From positions 120,001 through 152,000 of the forward strand of contig OY969938.1 in assembly GCA_963704755.1 (NCBI GenBank): DNA of 32,000 bases, written 5' to 3'. Position numbers and translations under genes: made by a program. This document shows positions 7,892-16,801 of the stretch, piece after piece (the first letter of the stretch is position 1; each line of letters opens with the position of its first letter). The notes under the pieces were generated by a model. It saw only the letters and a list, made by a program, of their open reading frames with translations. It was not told where the DNA came from and did no database searches. This stretch comes from an uncultured Chloroflexia bacterium (GTDB lineage Bacteria > Chloroflexota > Anaerolineae > Anaerolineales > Anaerolineaceae).

Positions 7892-8200
7892 CTAATCCCA
7901 ATCTTTTTTCCCCAGCCACTCCTCCATAAACTCCTGATGCAGGACGGGGTCGAACTCGATGAATTGGTGGGTGGCGGCGGTACGAAGGGCGTAAGGATCT
8001 TTGCTAAAGAAGTCACGGATTTCGTCTGCGGTTTGGGCCCGGGCGACCACAACCCCGCCGGTGGTTGGGTTATTTGGCCCAGACATCAAGAGCATTCCTT
8101 GCTGATAGCCGCTTTTCAAAAATTCGCGATGGTCGCTGCGGATGGCATCCACGACCTCTGCGGACGCGGTATAGGTGATCAAGATGATGAAATGTTTCAT
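7892..8200 (-). CDS. YciI-like (DGPF domain) protein
   Basis: I trimmed the start to the ATG at 8200: MKHFIILITYTASAEVVDAIRSDHREFLKSGYQQGMLLMSGPNNPTTGGVVVARAQTADEIRDFFSKDPY... This is the typical YciI family pattern at 102 aa. The upstream part of the track ORF is antisense to yigZ. Confidence 0.75.
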   Translation of the reverse strand: MKHFIILITYTASAEVVDAIRSDHREFLKSGYQQGMLLMSGPNNPTTGGVVVARAQTADEIRDFFSKDPYALRTAATHQFIEFDPVLHQEFMEEWLGKKDWD

Positions 8201-8219
8201 AGTGGTGTTCTCGATAGCC

Positions 8220-8248
8220 TTGAGGTTTTGAGTTGGGTTAAGTATACT
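8220..8248 (+). promoter_or_regulatory. promoter TTGAGG-17 nt-TATACT for yigZ, probably giving a leaderless mRNA
   Basis: TTGAGG at 8220-8225, a 17 nt spacer, TATACT at 8243-8248, then 6 nt to the ATG at 8255. Confidence 0.5.
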
Positions 8249-8254
8249 CATTGT

Positions 8255-8935
8255 ATGAGTTTTGACCACCTGAGTGACCCCCTGGCAGAGAAATACCCGC
8301 TTGTCCCGGCGTGCGAGACCCGCCAGGAAATCCTGGTCGTTAATTCGCGTTTCATCGCCGCAATTGCCCCGGCGTTCAGCGTGGAAGAGGCGCGCGGTTT
8401 TATCGTCGCGATCCGCGCGGATTACCCGGATGCCAGCCACCATGTCCCAGCCTTTATCATCGGGCATGGCGCCAGCCTGACCGAACATTGCTCGGATGAC
8501 GGCGAGCCTTCCGGAACGGCCGGGCGGCCGGCGATGGCCGTATTGAAGGGCAGCGGTTTGGGGGATGCAGTGGTGGTGGTCACCCGCTATTTTGGCGGCA
8601 CCAAGTTAGGCACAGGCGGATTGGTGCGAGCGTACACCGATGCCGTGAAGGCGGTGTTAGCCGACCTGCCGCTGGCGGTCAAAGCCCCGACCAACACCGT
8701 TCAATGCGATTTGCCTTATCACTATTACGAACGCATTAAACAACTGGCCGCCCGCTGCCACGGCCAGGTTATTGAAGAAATATTCGCCGCCGAGGTCAGC
8801 CTGACCTGGCGCTTTCTGAAAGAAGAATTGAACCAATTCCAGGCCGGCCTCATGGAAATGACCAACGGGAGTGTCCAGGCAGAAGTTATCGGGGAAAACC
8901 TGGCTACAATCATCCCGCTAAGCGAGACGGCGTGA
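8255..8935 (+). CDS. yigZ: YigZ/IMPACT family protein (UPF0029)
   Basis: I trimmed the start to the ATG at 8255. SRFIAAIAP..SVEEARGFI..IRADYPDASHHVPAFIIG.....CSDDGEPSGTAGRP....L......VVVVTRYFGGTKLGTGGLVRAY is the conserved IMPACT/YigZ N-terminal domain. Confidence 0.85.
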   Translation: MSFDHLSDPLAEKYPLVPACETRQEILVVNSRFIAAIAPAFSVEEARGFIVAIRADYPDASHHVPAFIIGHGASLTEHCSDDGEPSGTAGRPAMAVLKGSGLGDAVVVVTRYFGGTKLGTGGLVRAYTDAVKAVLADLPLAVKAPTNTVQCDLPYHYYERIKQLAARCHGQVIEEIFAAEVSLTWRFLKEELNQFQAGLMEMTNGSVQAEVIGENLATIIPLSETA

Positions 8936-10027
8936 GGAGCGCTGGTCGGTATTAAAGCGATGCCGGTAAGTCACGACACCCAGAAGCAAAATAAGCTCCA
9001 GCAATGCGGTAACCGTGGCGGAGAATTGGTCGAGATAAAATACCAGGATATTGACCACGGTCAATGAAAAAGTCAACCCCAATGTAGCCCAGACCATGGC
9101 CGGGCGGTCGCGCTCCAGGATGAGCAAAATGGCAGCGACAATCGAGCACAATCCGACCAGGCCCTGGATGCCAAAACGGATCAATATCCAGGTGGGCGAA
9201 TTGATGAAGGGAAAGTCCGCCGGATTGAAAAAGAGCCTGGCGGGGTTGCCGTGCATCACCTGATAGGCGAACAAGGTAAGGTGCACCAGAATAACCAGTG
9301 AATAAATCCCATTCGCGCCCAGGCCGATAATTAACAGAATCCGGAAGCGAAGACGGCTAAGCACTTTTGCCGAAGCAGCGGCTGCCCGCTTGTATAACCG
9401 GCTGAAGACACCTTCGCTTTCCGGGACAATTTGCAACTGGTCCAATTCGATAAAATCGGCCAGGGACTGGGCCAGGTTTTTCAGGTTCGTTTCGTCCGCA
9501 TCCGCAGCGATTTCCACAAGCTGGTTCTGCAGGGCGGTTTTTTCGTCCTCTTCCAGGTCGTTATCCAGCAGCTCTTCCATCTGGTGGAATACGCGGTAAA
9601 GCTCTTCCCGTGGGGTCAGTTTTTTTGCACGCCGCACCTGCAAATACACCAGGGCGACCAATAAAAAAACAGCATAAATAATTGGCGCGGCGGGTGGGTA
9701 GAAATAATCGTTGGTTTGGGTGATGAATTTCCCGACTTCGTCCATGAACAGCCCGAAGCCAACGCCACTTAACAGAGCCGACCAGAACAACGCCCAGCGA
9801 TTGGCATAGATCAGGGGCAGCAAAGCAGCCACGAAAAGGAAAAGTCCACCCCACAAGACGTGAGCAATGTGAAGTGTCCCGGTCTGGATCCGCGGGTAGC
9901 CGGTCAGCTCCAGGAACAGGCGGGTCAGGATGATGGTGCTGCCAAAGCTGATTAAAGAAATTAACAAAAGCTGTTCGGCCGTTTCGCGCCGAACAGCTTT
10001 ACAAATCTTGATCGATCGGTCTGCCAT
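8918..10027 (-). CDS. polytopic membrane protein with a central acidic coiled segment, function unknown
   Basis: 369 aa. There are about 4 TM segments at each end, around an acidic helical insert (EELLDNDLEEDEKTALQNQLVEIAADADETNLKNLAQSLADFIELDQL). It starts 6 nt after the upstream small gene. Its 3' end overlaps convergent yigZ by 18 nt. Confidence 0.7.
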   Translation of the reverse strand: MADRSIKICKAVRRETAEQLLLISLISFGSTIILTRLFLELTGYPRIQTGTLHIAHVLWGGLFLFVAALLPLIYANRWALFWSALLSGVGFGLFMDEVGKFITQTNDYFYPPAAPIIYAVFLLVALVYLQVRRAKKLTPREELYRVFHQMEELLDNDLEEDEKTALQNQLVEIAADADETNLKNLAQSLADFIELDQLQIVPESEGVFSRLYKRAAAASAKVLSRLRFRILLIIGLGANGIYSLVILVHLTLFAYQVMHGNPARLFFNPADFPFINSPTWILIRFGIQGLVGLCSIVAAILLILERDRPAMVWATLGLTFSLTVVNILVFYLDQFSATVTALLELILLLGVVTYRHRFNTDQRSSRRLA

Positions 10028-10033
10028 GATGGA

Positions 10034-10255
10034 TTAGAACAGGCTGCGGATGATGAGCATGAAGCCAAATATCAACAGGGGAATACCGACGATGGCCCCG
10101 ACGACGGTAATGGTCAGGACAACCCCTACAATCATAACGACCAGCCCAAGAATGGCGCCGATCAAACGGCCGGTCAACCCGATAATGCCGATCACCAATC
10201 GCCACACAGCATAAAACGGCCATAACAAAACCGGAACTCTTTTTTGTTCTCTCAT
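10034..10255 (-). CDS. small membrane protein (73 aa, 2 TM), function unknown
   Basis: I trimmed the start to the ATG at 10255, which has GGAGG 5 nt upstream. MREQKRVPVLLWPFYAVWRLVIGIIGLTGRLIGAILGLVVMIVGVVLTITVVGAIVGIPLLIFGFMLIIRSLF. Confidence 0.65.
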   Translation of the reverse strand: MREQKRVPVLLWPFYAVWRLVIGIIGLTGRLIGAILGLVVMIVGVVLTITVVGAIVGIPLLIFGFMLIIRSLF

Positions 10256-10304
10256 ATTTACCTCCAGTATGTATACGGAGTTGACCCAGTTCGGTTGCAA
10301 ACGC

Positions 10305-13300
10305 TCAGGACTGTATAGGTTCAATTCGCTCCGCGCGCAGATAAGGCTCCTGGCCGTTACTGTCCGTCTCCATGATGCCCTCGACGATAACCGGCTGCCT
10401 TAAATCGGCGATGGTTGCCTGAACCCGCCGGTAAATATTCGGAAATATGATCACGTCCAGAATCCCCTCCATATCTTCCAGGGATAAAAACGCCATCCAT
10501 TCCCCGTTCGTTGTCCGGCTGCGATGCAGGGACTGGCGTATCCCGGCCACCCGCACCCGTTGAGAGAGGTTATCGGCAGCCGCCAGGGTTGAAATAGCCC
10601 CGGCCGCTTGGATTTGGGCGGTGTATTTTTCCAGGGGATGGATGTCCACACAGATCCCCAGGATTTCTTCTTGGGCCGCGCAGCGATCAAATTCCTCGTA
10701 GGTACCCGGGTTGTCAAACTCGAAATCGAATAAGGATGGTTGCCCGCGCAATTTGCCGCTCGATTTTAATTTTGCCGAGCAACTCGGGGACCGACCCAAA
10801 CCCATCCAGGGCGCCGCAACGAACCAGGTTTTCGGCTTCTTGAGGGCGGGGATCCACGCGATAGATAAATTCTTCAAATGAATGGTAGGGGCGTTTAGCG
10901 ATAACCCGGGCAATGGTCCGGTGGGTCAGGTCGCGGACCTGGTCCAACCCCATAAAAAGAGCCGGCAAACCTTCCGGGTATGCGACGCAGAAACTCTGGC
11001 TGGCTGTGGTTGATATGCGGCGGCCGGGCCTTGAAACCCAGGCGACGGGCCTCGGTCAGGTAGATCCGCTGTGAGTAATACCCGCCCCAGTTTGCCAGGA
11101 CCGCGGCGATAAATTCGGCCGGGAAGTGGGATTTGCACCAGGCAAAGCGCCAGGAGATTTGCGCATAGGAAGCTGAATGGGCCTTGGGAAAACCATATCC
11201 GGCGAAAGCGGCCATCATCTCCCAAATCTGGTTGGCCAGGTCGGAGTCGATGTCACTGACTTGAGCCGCACCCCGGATGAAGCGCTGTTTGAGCGACTGC
11301 ATTTGCTTGCCGGGGTCGAAGTGGCTCATCGCCCGGCGGAGCAGGTCGGAATCGGCCAGGGAAAGGCCGGCAATCTGGTTGGCGATCATCAATACCTGTT
11401 CCTGGTACAGAATGACGCCGTAAGTATCCTCCAGGATACCGGTCAGGGTGGGGTGCAAATGGACCACAGTCTCTTCGTGGTTATGGCGGCGGATGAATGC
11501 GTCCCGCAGGCCGCCGCGCATGGGGCCGGGGCGGTACAAGGCCAGGGCAGCCATGAGATCATCGGGAGTGCGGGCATGGATCAACTTGAGGGTGCTCTGC
11601 ATGCCCGGGCTTTCGATCTGAAAACAGCCGATCGTGCGGCCGTTGAAGACCAGATCGCTGGTATCGGGGTCTTCCTGGGGTATGGCTTCCAAAACCTGGG
11701 TGGGATTGGCGTATTCCTTCTGGCTCCAGTTGTAAATCTGTTGGGCGACCGAGGACATCACCGATAACCCGCGGATGCCGAGCATATCCATTTTAACCAG
11801 CCCGACTTCTTCCAGTGCGTCCAGGTCGAATTGGGTGATGAGGGTATCTCGTGAACCGGTGCACATTACCGGGACCAGGCTGGTCATCTCGACGGGGGCA
11901 ATGACGACTCCGCCGGGGTGGACCGAGAGGTGATGCGGCAATCCAAGAATAGCCCGGGCAATGCTGAAAATTTTCTGGTACTGCGGTCCGGAATATTTGC
12001 CGGAGAGGGCTTTGAACTGATCGTCCAGAAAACTGGCATCGGTTTGGGCGCTGCGGGCAGCGAAGAACGAATGCGGCAGCTCTTTGGCCAGGCGTTGGGA
12101 TTCGGCCGGGGATAAGCCGTAGGCTTTGGCGACATCCCCCACGGCCGAGCGCGGTCGAAAGCGGTTGATCGTCCCGACCATGGCTACCCGGTCCCGGCCA
12201 TATTGTTCAAAGATGTGCTGTAGGACCTCGTCGCGGCGGTTCGAATCGATATCGGTGTCGATGTCCGGCGGGGTAGTGCGGGCCGGATTGAGAAAACGCT
12301 CGAAATACAGGTTCAGCCGGATCGGGTCGGGTGAAGTGATGCCCAGGCAATGTGCGACCAGGGATGACGCGGCTGAGCCGCGCGAAGAGAACTGGATGCC
12401 CTGCGAGCGGGCGAAATCAAGGACCTCCTGCATGATCAGGAAAATCGGTTCGAAACCCTGGTGAGAGATCACCTCCAGCTCGTGATCCAGGCGGGCAGAG
12501 ATACGCTGATCGACTTCGCGGTACAGCTCAGCGGCGCCGCGATAGGCTTTCTCGCGCAGAACATCCGCTGTCGTCTTGCCATCCGGAAATTCAAGGATAG
12601 GCATCCGGGGAACACCCAGGGGTAACGCGAAGGTGTATCCGGCCGATAAATCCAGACTGTTTTTCAAAGCATCCGGCGTGTCCCGGAAACGCCTTTGGAT
12701 CTCATCCGGCCGGGCGAACAGGGCCTTCGGTTGATACCCGTCGGCACTGCCAATGGTCGCGGTGTTTTTCAGGTAGCGGATTGCCAGCAACGCCCGGTGG
12801 ATTTCTGCCTGGCCGGCGTCCAGCAAATTAACCACCGGAGCAGCGATCAGCGGGAGTCCAAATTGGCGCGCGAGATTAGCCAGGATCTCGTCCACCGGGC
12901 CGGGATCAGGCTCGGCCCGGTATAGTTGTACAAAAAGCACGTCAGGGAAAAGTTCTGCCAGCCTGGAGAGAACTGACCGGGCAGCTTCGATGCGGTTGTG
13001 CAGAATAAGCTGGGGGAGCAGCCCCAGCTCGTCCCCGCTCAGGCAAAACAAGCCGGCGGTATAACCGGCCAGTTCGGCCAGCGTGACCGGGCGGTTCTCG
13101 ACCTGGAGGATGCTGCTCATTTTACACAGGTTGGACCAACCGTCCTGGTCTCGGGCGATCAACACCAGACGAGGGGGATTTGCGGCCGGGTAGGCCAGTT
13201 CCGGCGGGAGCTGCAAGTCAATTTCCAGGCCGAGGATGGGTTGGATGCCCTGTTCGCGACAGGCCAGGGTAAATTCGACTGCCCCGGTCAAGTAATTGTG

Positions 13301-13417
13301 ATCGACCTGGACCAGGGCGGTATAGCCGGCTTCAGCAGCGGTCTCGGCCAGTTGTTTTGGAGACAGCACACCTTCCAGCAGTGAATAACACGAACGGGCG
13401 AATAAGGGGATGGACAT
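10305..13417 (-). pseudogene. dnaE: DNA polymerase III alpha subunit (DnaE) with the reading frame broken twice near the 3' end. It is either an assembly artefact or a disrupted gene.
   Basis: Segment 1 runs from 13417 to about 10990 and carries the polymerase core: PDIDTDID, SRGSAASSLVAHCLGIT, KMDMLGIRGLS. Segment 2, about 10990-10760 in the next frame, reads VAYPEGLPALFMGLDQVRDLTHRTIARVIAKRPYHSFEEFIYRVDPR...RCGALDGFG (the HhH region). Segment 3, about 10760-10305 in the third frame, reads GQPSLFDFEF...RVRVAGIRQSLHRSRTTNGEWMAFLSLEDMEGILDVIIFP (the OB fold). The start is trimmed to MSIPLFARSCYSLLEG at 13417. Confidence 0.85.
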
Positions 13418-13659
13418 GAATAATTTGGTAGATTGGATTATCGCAAGTAGAACGCCAATTCTGGTGTCTATTTGGGTAAGTGGAAGCGGTTTTCGAATTT
13501 GAGGTCTTCGGCCATCCGGTCGAAAAAACAATAGAAATGCAATCGATTAAGAATGATTGTAACCGTTCGTAATCAAATATGTTATACTGGCAAAAGGTAA
13601 AAATAATGCCTAATGCGATCTAACTAGTCTTTAAATTTGATTTGCAGGAGAGACCTGTT

Positions 13660-14349
13660 ATGAGCATAACGAACGAATCAAAAATTTTATATGACCCTAC
13701 CCGGCGGCTCCCGATGGATCCGAAGGACATCGAACACAGCGAAGAGCCTATCCGGTTATTCAAGTCGGATTTTCTGGAGTTCTTCACTCACATTTCGCCG
13801 ATCGCCGTGATTGTCATTTGGGTGCCGGTAGTGGTCTTCTTTATCGCGCGAGCGATCCTGTTTCTACCGGAGAACGTCTCGTGGGTCATCATCCCGGCCG
13901 GTTTTTTGATCGGGCTGTTTTTCTGGACGTTCACCGAGTATATTCTGCACCGCTTCGTCTTTCATTACCATCCTAAAAACCCGGTCCAGCAAAAGATCTT
14001 CTTTCTCTTCCACGGGGTCCATCATGCCCAACCGCAGTGTAAAACCCGGCTGGTGATGCCCCCAATCGTCAGCGTACCGCTGGCGCTGTTGTTTTTCGGC
14101 TTGTTCAACCTGGTGATCGGAGTACTGTTGGGGGCGCCGTATTGGGTGCCGGCGATGTTCGCCGGTTTTATCGTCGGTTATCTAAGCTATGACCTGACCC
14201 ATTATGCCACCCACCATTTCCCCATGCGCCATGGAATTTGGAAGGCGCTCAAACGCTATCACATGCGCCACCATTACAAGACGCCTGACAAGCTCTTCGG
14301 CGTTTCCTCCCCGATCTGGGATTACGTCTTTCGGACTAATGTCAAGTGA
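13660..14349 (+). CDS. fatty acid hydroxylase superfamily membrane protein (FA2H/Scs7-like His-box enzyme)
   Basis: His boxes HRFVFH, HGVHH, HYATHH and HMRHH, with 4 TM segments. AGGAGA lies 7 nt upstream of the ATG at 13660. The track's TTG at 13642 sits inside the RBS region. An extended -10 (TGtTATACT) is at 13580-13588. Confidence 0.75.
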   Translation: MSITNESKILYDPTRRLPMDPKDIEHSEEPIRLFKSDFLEFFTHISPIAVIVIWVPVVVFFIARAILFLPENVSWVIIPAGFLIGLFFWTFTEYILHRFVFHYHPKNPVQQKIFFLFHGVHHAQPQCKTRLVMPPIVSVPLALLFFGLFNLVIGVLLGAPYWVPAMFAGFIVGYLSYDLTHYATHHFPMRHGIWKALKRYHMRHHYKTPDKLFGVSSPIWDYVFRTNVK

Positions 14350-14356
14350 TGATCAG

Positions 14357-14397
14357 ATATCAGGTTTTGTGAGGCTTTGCCTCACAAAACCTGATAT
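14357..14397. repeat. perfect palindrome, 18 bp stem with a 5 nt loop
   Basis: ATATCAGGTTTTGTGAGG-CTTTG-CCTCACAAAACCTGATAT. It starts 8 nt after the hydroxylase stop. No immediate U-tract. Confidence 0.85.
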
Positions 14398-14443
14398 GGA
14401 AACCTTTTCGGGGTTCCTGCTAACAGGTTGAGCTGTCACGGAC

Positions 14444-14498
14444 AAAAATAGCGGTGTTTGGCGGCGCTTTGCGCCGGCAAACACCGCTATTTTTTTTT
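14444..14498. terminator. bidirectional intrinsic terminator between convergent genes
   Basis: AAAAATAGCGGTGTTTGGCGGCGC-TTT-GCGCCGGCAAACACCGCTATTTTT is a 24 bp stem with one mismatch. It has T9 on the + side and T5 on the - side. It lies 10 nt from the gpmA stop. Confidence 0.85.
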
Positions 14499-14507
14499 GA
14501 AGCAAAG

Positions 14508-15260
14508 TTATTTCTTGGCCATACCCTGCTTGGCTACGGCTTCGGCGGCGGCTTTGACGGCTTCTTCGTCGGCCAGGTAGCGGCGGGAAATGACTTTCAA
14601 ATTTTCGTCGAGAGCATAGGCCAGCGGGATACCGGTGGGGATGTTCAGCTCGGTGATATCCTCATCTGAGATATTGTCCAGGTATTTGACCAGCGCCCGC
14701 AGGCTGTTACCGTGGGCGACGATCAAGATCTTTTCTCCCGCTTTCAGCCGGGGGACGATCTTCTCTTCCCAATAGGGCATGACCCGGTCCAGAGTGATCT
14801 TGAGCGATTCGGTGGCAGGCAGTTGGTTGGGATCGACGCCGGCATAGCGGCGGTCGAAGCGCGGATGGCGCGGATCATCCAGGGTCAAGGCAGGCGGAGG
14901 GGTGGCAAAGCTGCGCCGCCAGATATGGACCTGCTCGTTGCCGTATTTCTCGGCCGTTTCGGCTTTATTTAAACCCTGCAAGGCGCCGTAATGGCGTTCG
15001 TTGAGCTGCCAGGCGCGCTCGATGGGCAGCCAGGCGGCGTCCATCTCGTCCAAAACGATCCAAAGGGTGTGGATGGCGCGTTTAAGCACGGATGTGAATA
15101 CGTAATCGAATTCGAATTTCTCCGCCAGGAGTTGTTTGCCGGCTTGATGGGCCTCATTTTGGCCGGTTTCGGTTAAATCGACGTCTGTCCAACCGGTAAA
15201 ACGGTTTTCCAGGTTCCAGGCGCTTTGCCCGTGGCGGATGAGTACAAGATTTTCTGCCAT
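14508..15260 (-). CDS. gpmA: 2,3-bisphosphoglycerate-dependent phosphoglycerate mutase
   Basis: 250 aa. [29 protein letters not shown] and ...[12 protein letters not shown]... are the catalytic His motifs of dPGM. AGGAG lies 7 nt upstream. Confidence 0.95.
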   Translation of the reverse strand: MAENLVLIRHGQSAWNLENRFTGWTDVDLTETGQNEAHQAGKQLLAEKFEFDYVFTSVLKRAIHTLWIVLDEMDAAWLPIERAWQLNERHYGALQGLNKAETAEKYGNEQVHIWRRSFATPPPALTLDDPRHPRFDRRYAGVDPNQLPATESLKITLDRVMPYWEEKIVPRLKAGEKILIVAHGNSLRALVKYLDNISDEDITELNIPTGIPLAYALDENLKVISRRYLADEEAVKAAAEAVAKQGMAKK

Positions 15261-15460
15261 ACTTATCTCCTGTATGAATTGGTCTTATGATCGCTGTTGA
15301 GATAAATAGTTTTCGTAACTGCTCAGTTGGGAAATAATTCAAGGTTTAGAACATCTCGCATTGGCCTGAGTAGTAACTTTTTCCTTCAGAATGCAAATTC
15401 CCTTTGATTATAACCGCCAATTCAGGACTAAATATAGGATTCTATGGGAATCGCCGGGGT

Positions 15461-15523
15461 AGGTTGTCAATGTGGGGATTATTCGTGCGCGAAGCGCACG
15501 AATAATCCCCACATTGACAACCT
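15461..15523. repeat. perfect palindrome, 30 bp stem with a GAA loop (GCGAAGC apex)
   Basis: AGGTTGTCAATGTGGGGATTATTCGTGCGC-GAA-GCGCACGAATAATCCCCACATTGACAACCT. Confidence 0.9.
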
Positions 15524-15533
15524 CGAAAGCTGC

Positions 15534-15584
15534 AAAATCAATTGAAATTTTGGCGGCATTGCCGCCAAAATTTCAATTGATTTT
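15534..15584. repeat. perfect palindrome, 24 bp stem with an ATT loop (GC-ATT-GC apex), a possible terminator for the TspO-like gene
   Basis: AAAATCAATTGAAATTTTGGCGGC-ATT-GCCGCCAAAATTTCAATTGATTTT. It lies 10 nt downstream of the stop at 15595 on the minus strand. Its own AT-rich outer arms supply a short U run. Confidence 0.85.
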
Positions 15585-15594
15585 CGTTATTTAA

Positions 15595-16389
15595 TTAGTC
15601 GACAAACTTTGCCCGGTCGCTGCGCTTGGCGACCAGGTCGGATTGGCGGGCGCGCAGTATGCTGAACATAAGAACGAGCAGGACGAGCAGGGCTGCCGCC
15701 CCGGCAACCGTTCCGACCGTTGGGTTAACTCCGGATTTGAATTGAATGCCGGCGAAGGCCCAGATGATGACCAGCGGATAAACGATCTCGTTGCGGTTGC
15801 GGATCATCAAAATGCCCAGGGCCGCCCCGACCAGGATCACGACAACCGTCCAGAATACAGGGGAAAGGCCAAAGCCATTCCAATTCAGGGCGTAGAGGAA
15901 CACGCTGGCATTGGCGATTGTCGCTACCGAAATCCAACCCAGGTACAGGCTGAAAGGAAACGAAACGAATGTGCCGGTCATAGGCGAGACGACTATTTTA
16001 CCAATTTGCAGGCGCTGGTAGATGACCAATAGGCTCACCAGAATACCAACCATGACCAGTATCGAAAGCGGGATCAACTGGTAGTGCCAGGTGAACATCC
16101 AGGCTGCATTGAGCAAGTTTGTAACGATAAACCAGCCGCCGATTTTGTCCACAATGGGATTATCTCGCTGAGATGGCAGCAGTTGATAAATGGCGAAAGC
16201 GAAGAGGGCAAAGTAAATCAGCCCCCAGATTGAGAAGACGTAAGGCGCCGGGGTAAACAGGACCGGGTAAATATTAGACAGCTCCCCGGTGGTCATGCCG
16301 TTGAATGGCAAAATGTTGGCCAGTGCGTTAATCGTGACGGTCAGGACGAGCGTAGCCAAATTTAAGATGCGGAGGTATTTTTGATTCAT
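15595..16389 (-). CDS. TspO/MBR-related polytopic membrane protein (long form)
   Basis: 264 aa, about 7 TM. The N-terminal INALANILPFNG.TTGELSN....LFTPAPYVFSIWGLIYFAL resembles long 'tryptophan-rich sensory protein' homologues from memory. The functional label is tentative. Confidence 0.55.
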   Translation of the reverse strand: MNQKYLRILNLATLVLTVTINALANILPFNGMTTGELSNIYPVLFTPAPYVFSIWGLIYFALFAFAIYQLLPSQRDNPIVDKIGGWFIVTNLLNAAWMFTWHYQLIPLSILVMVGILVSLLVIYQRLQIGKIVVSPMTGTFVSFPFSLYLGWISVATIANASVFLYALNWNGFGLSPVFWTVVVILVGAALGILMIRNRNEIVYPLVIIWAFAGIQFKSGVNPTVGTVAGAAALLVLLVLMFSILRARQSDLVAKRSDRAKFVD

Positions 16390-16717
16390 GCTAGGTTTTA
16401 CCTTTATTGGCAGAGAAATAATCCCTGCGGATCGGTGTGAGTTATAGGTTTGTTTGATAAAAAAATTCTAGCATATAGCCGACTCCAATGCGACTATTTG
16501 TATAATGTTTGTATTGTGTTTTTGTCGACAGATTTGTTAGCATGAGGGATAATCGAAAAAGAACAGCTTATAAAAATCTGTTGGTGGGCCGGGTGGAATT
16601 GAATTGATTATGGCCTGGAATGGCGTAAAATTAGACCGTTGGAATAATCCTCAAACCAGGCATTTCCTCTCCCTGCATACAAAAAGAAGGCCGCTGCCCA
16701 GCCTACTGGGAAAGAAC

Positions 16718-16765
16718 CCCGAATTTGAAAGGGGGTAAAATCCCGGCAAGCCGATCAAATTAGGG
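16718..16765. repeat. degenerate member of the CCCGAATTTGA-terminus repeat family
   Basis: The left end CCCGAATTTGA (16718-16728) and right end TCAAATTAGGG (16755-16765) are inverted with one mismatch, but the interior is not self-complementary. The left flank GGGAAAGAACCCCGAATTTGA resembles GGGGAAGAAACCCGAATTTGA at 25133-25153. Confidence 0.6.
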
Positions 16766-16801
16766 AATGAAAGCGTATGCCTGAGCTATTACAAAGGAAA
16801 G

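Noticed and set aside
10735-10995. Programmed ribosomal frameshifting in dnaE, by analogy with dnaX or prfB.
   Set aside because: Two consecutive +1 events would be required. I saw no slippery heptamer, in-frame stop, rare-codon pause or upstream SD-like stimulator. The same homopolymer signature appears in an unrelated peptidase gene, which favours indel errors or mutations.
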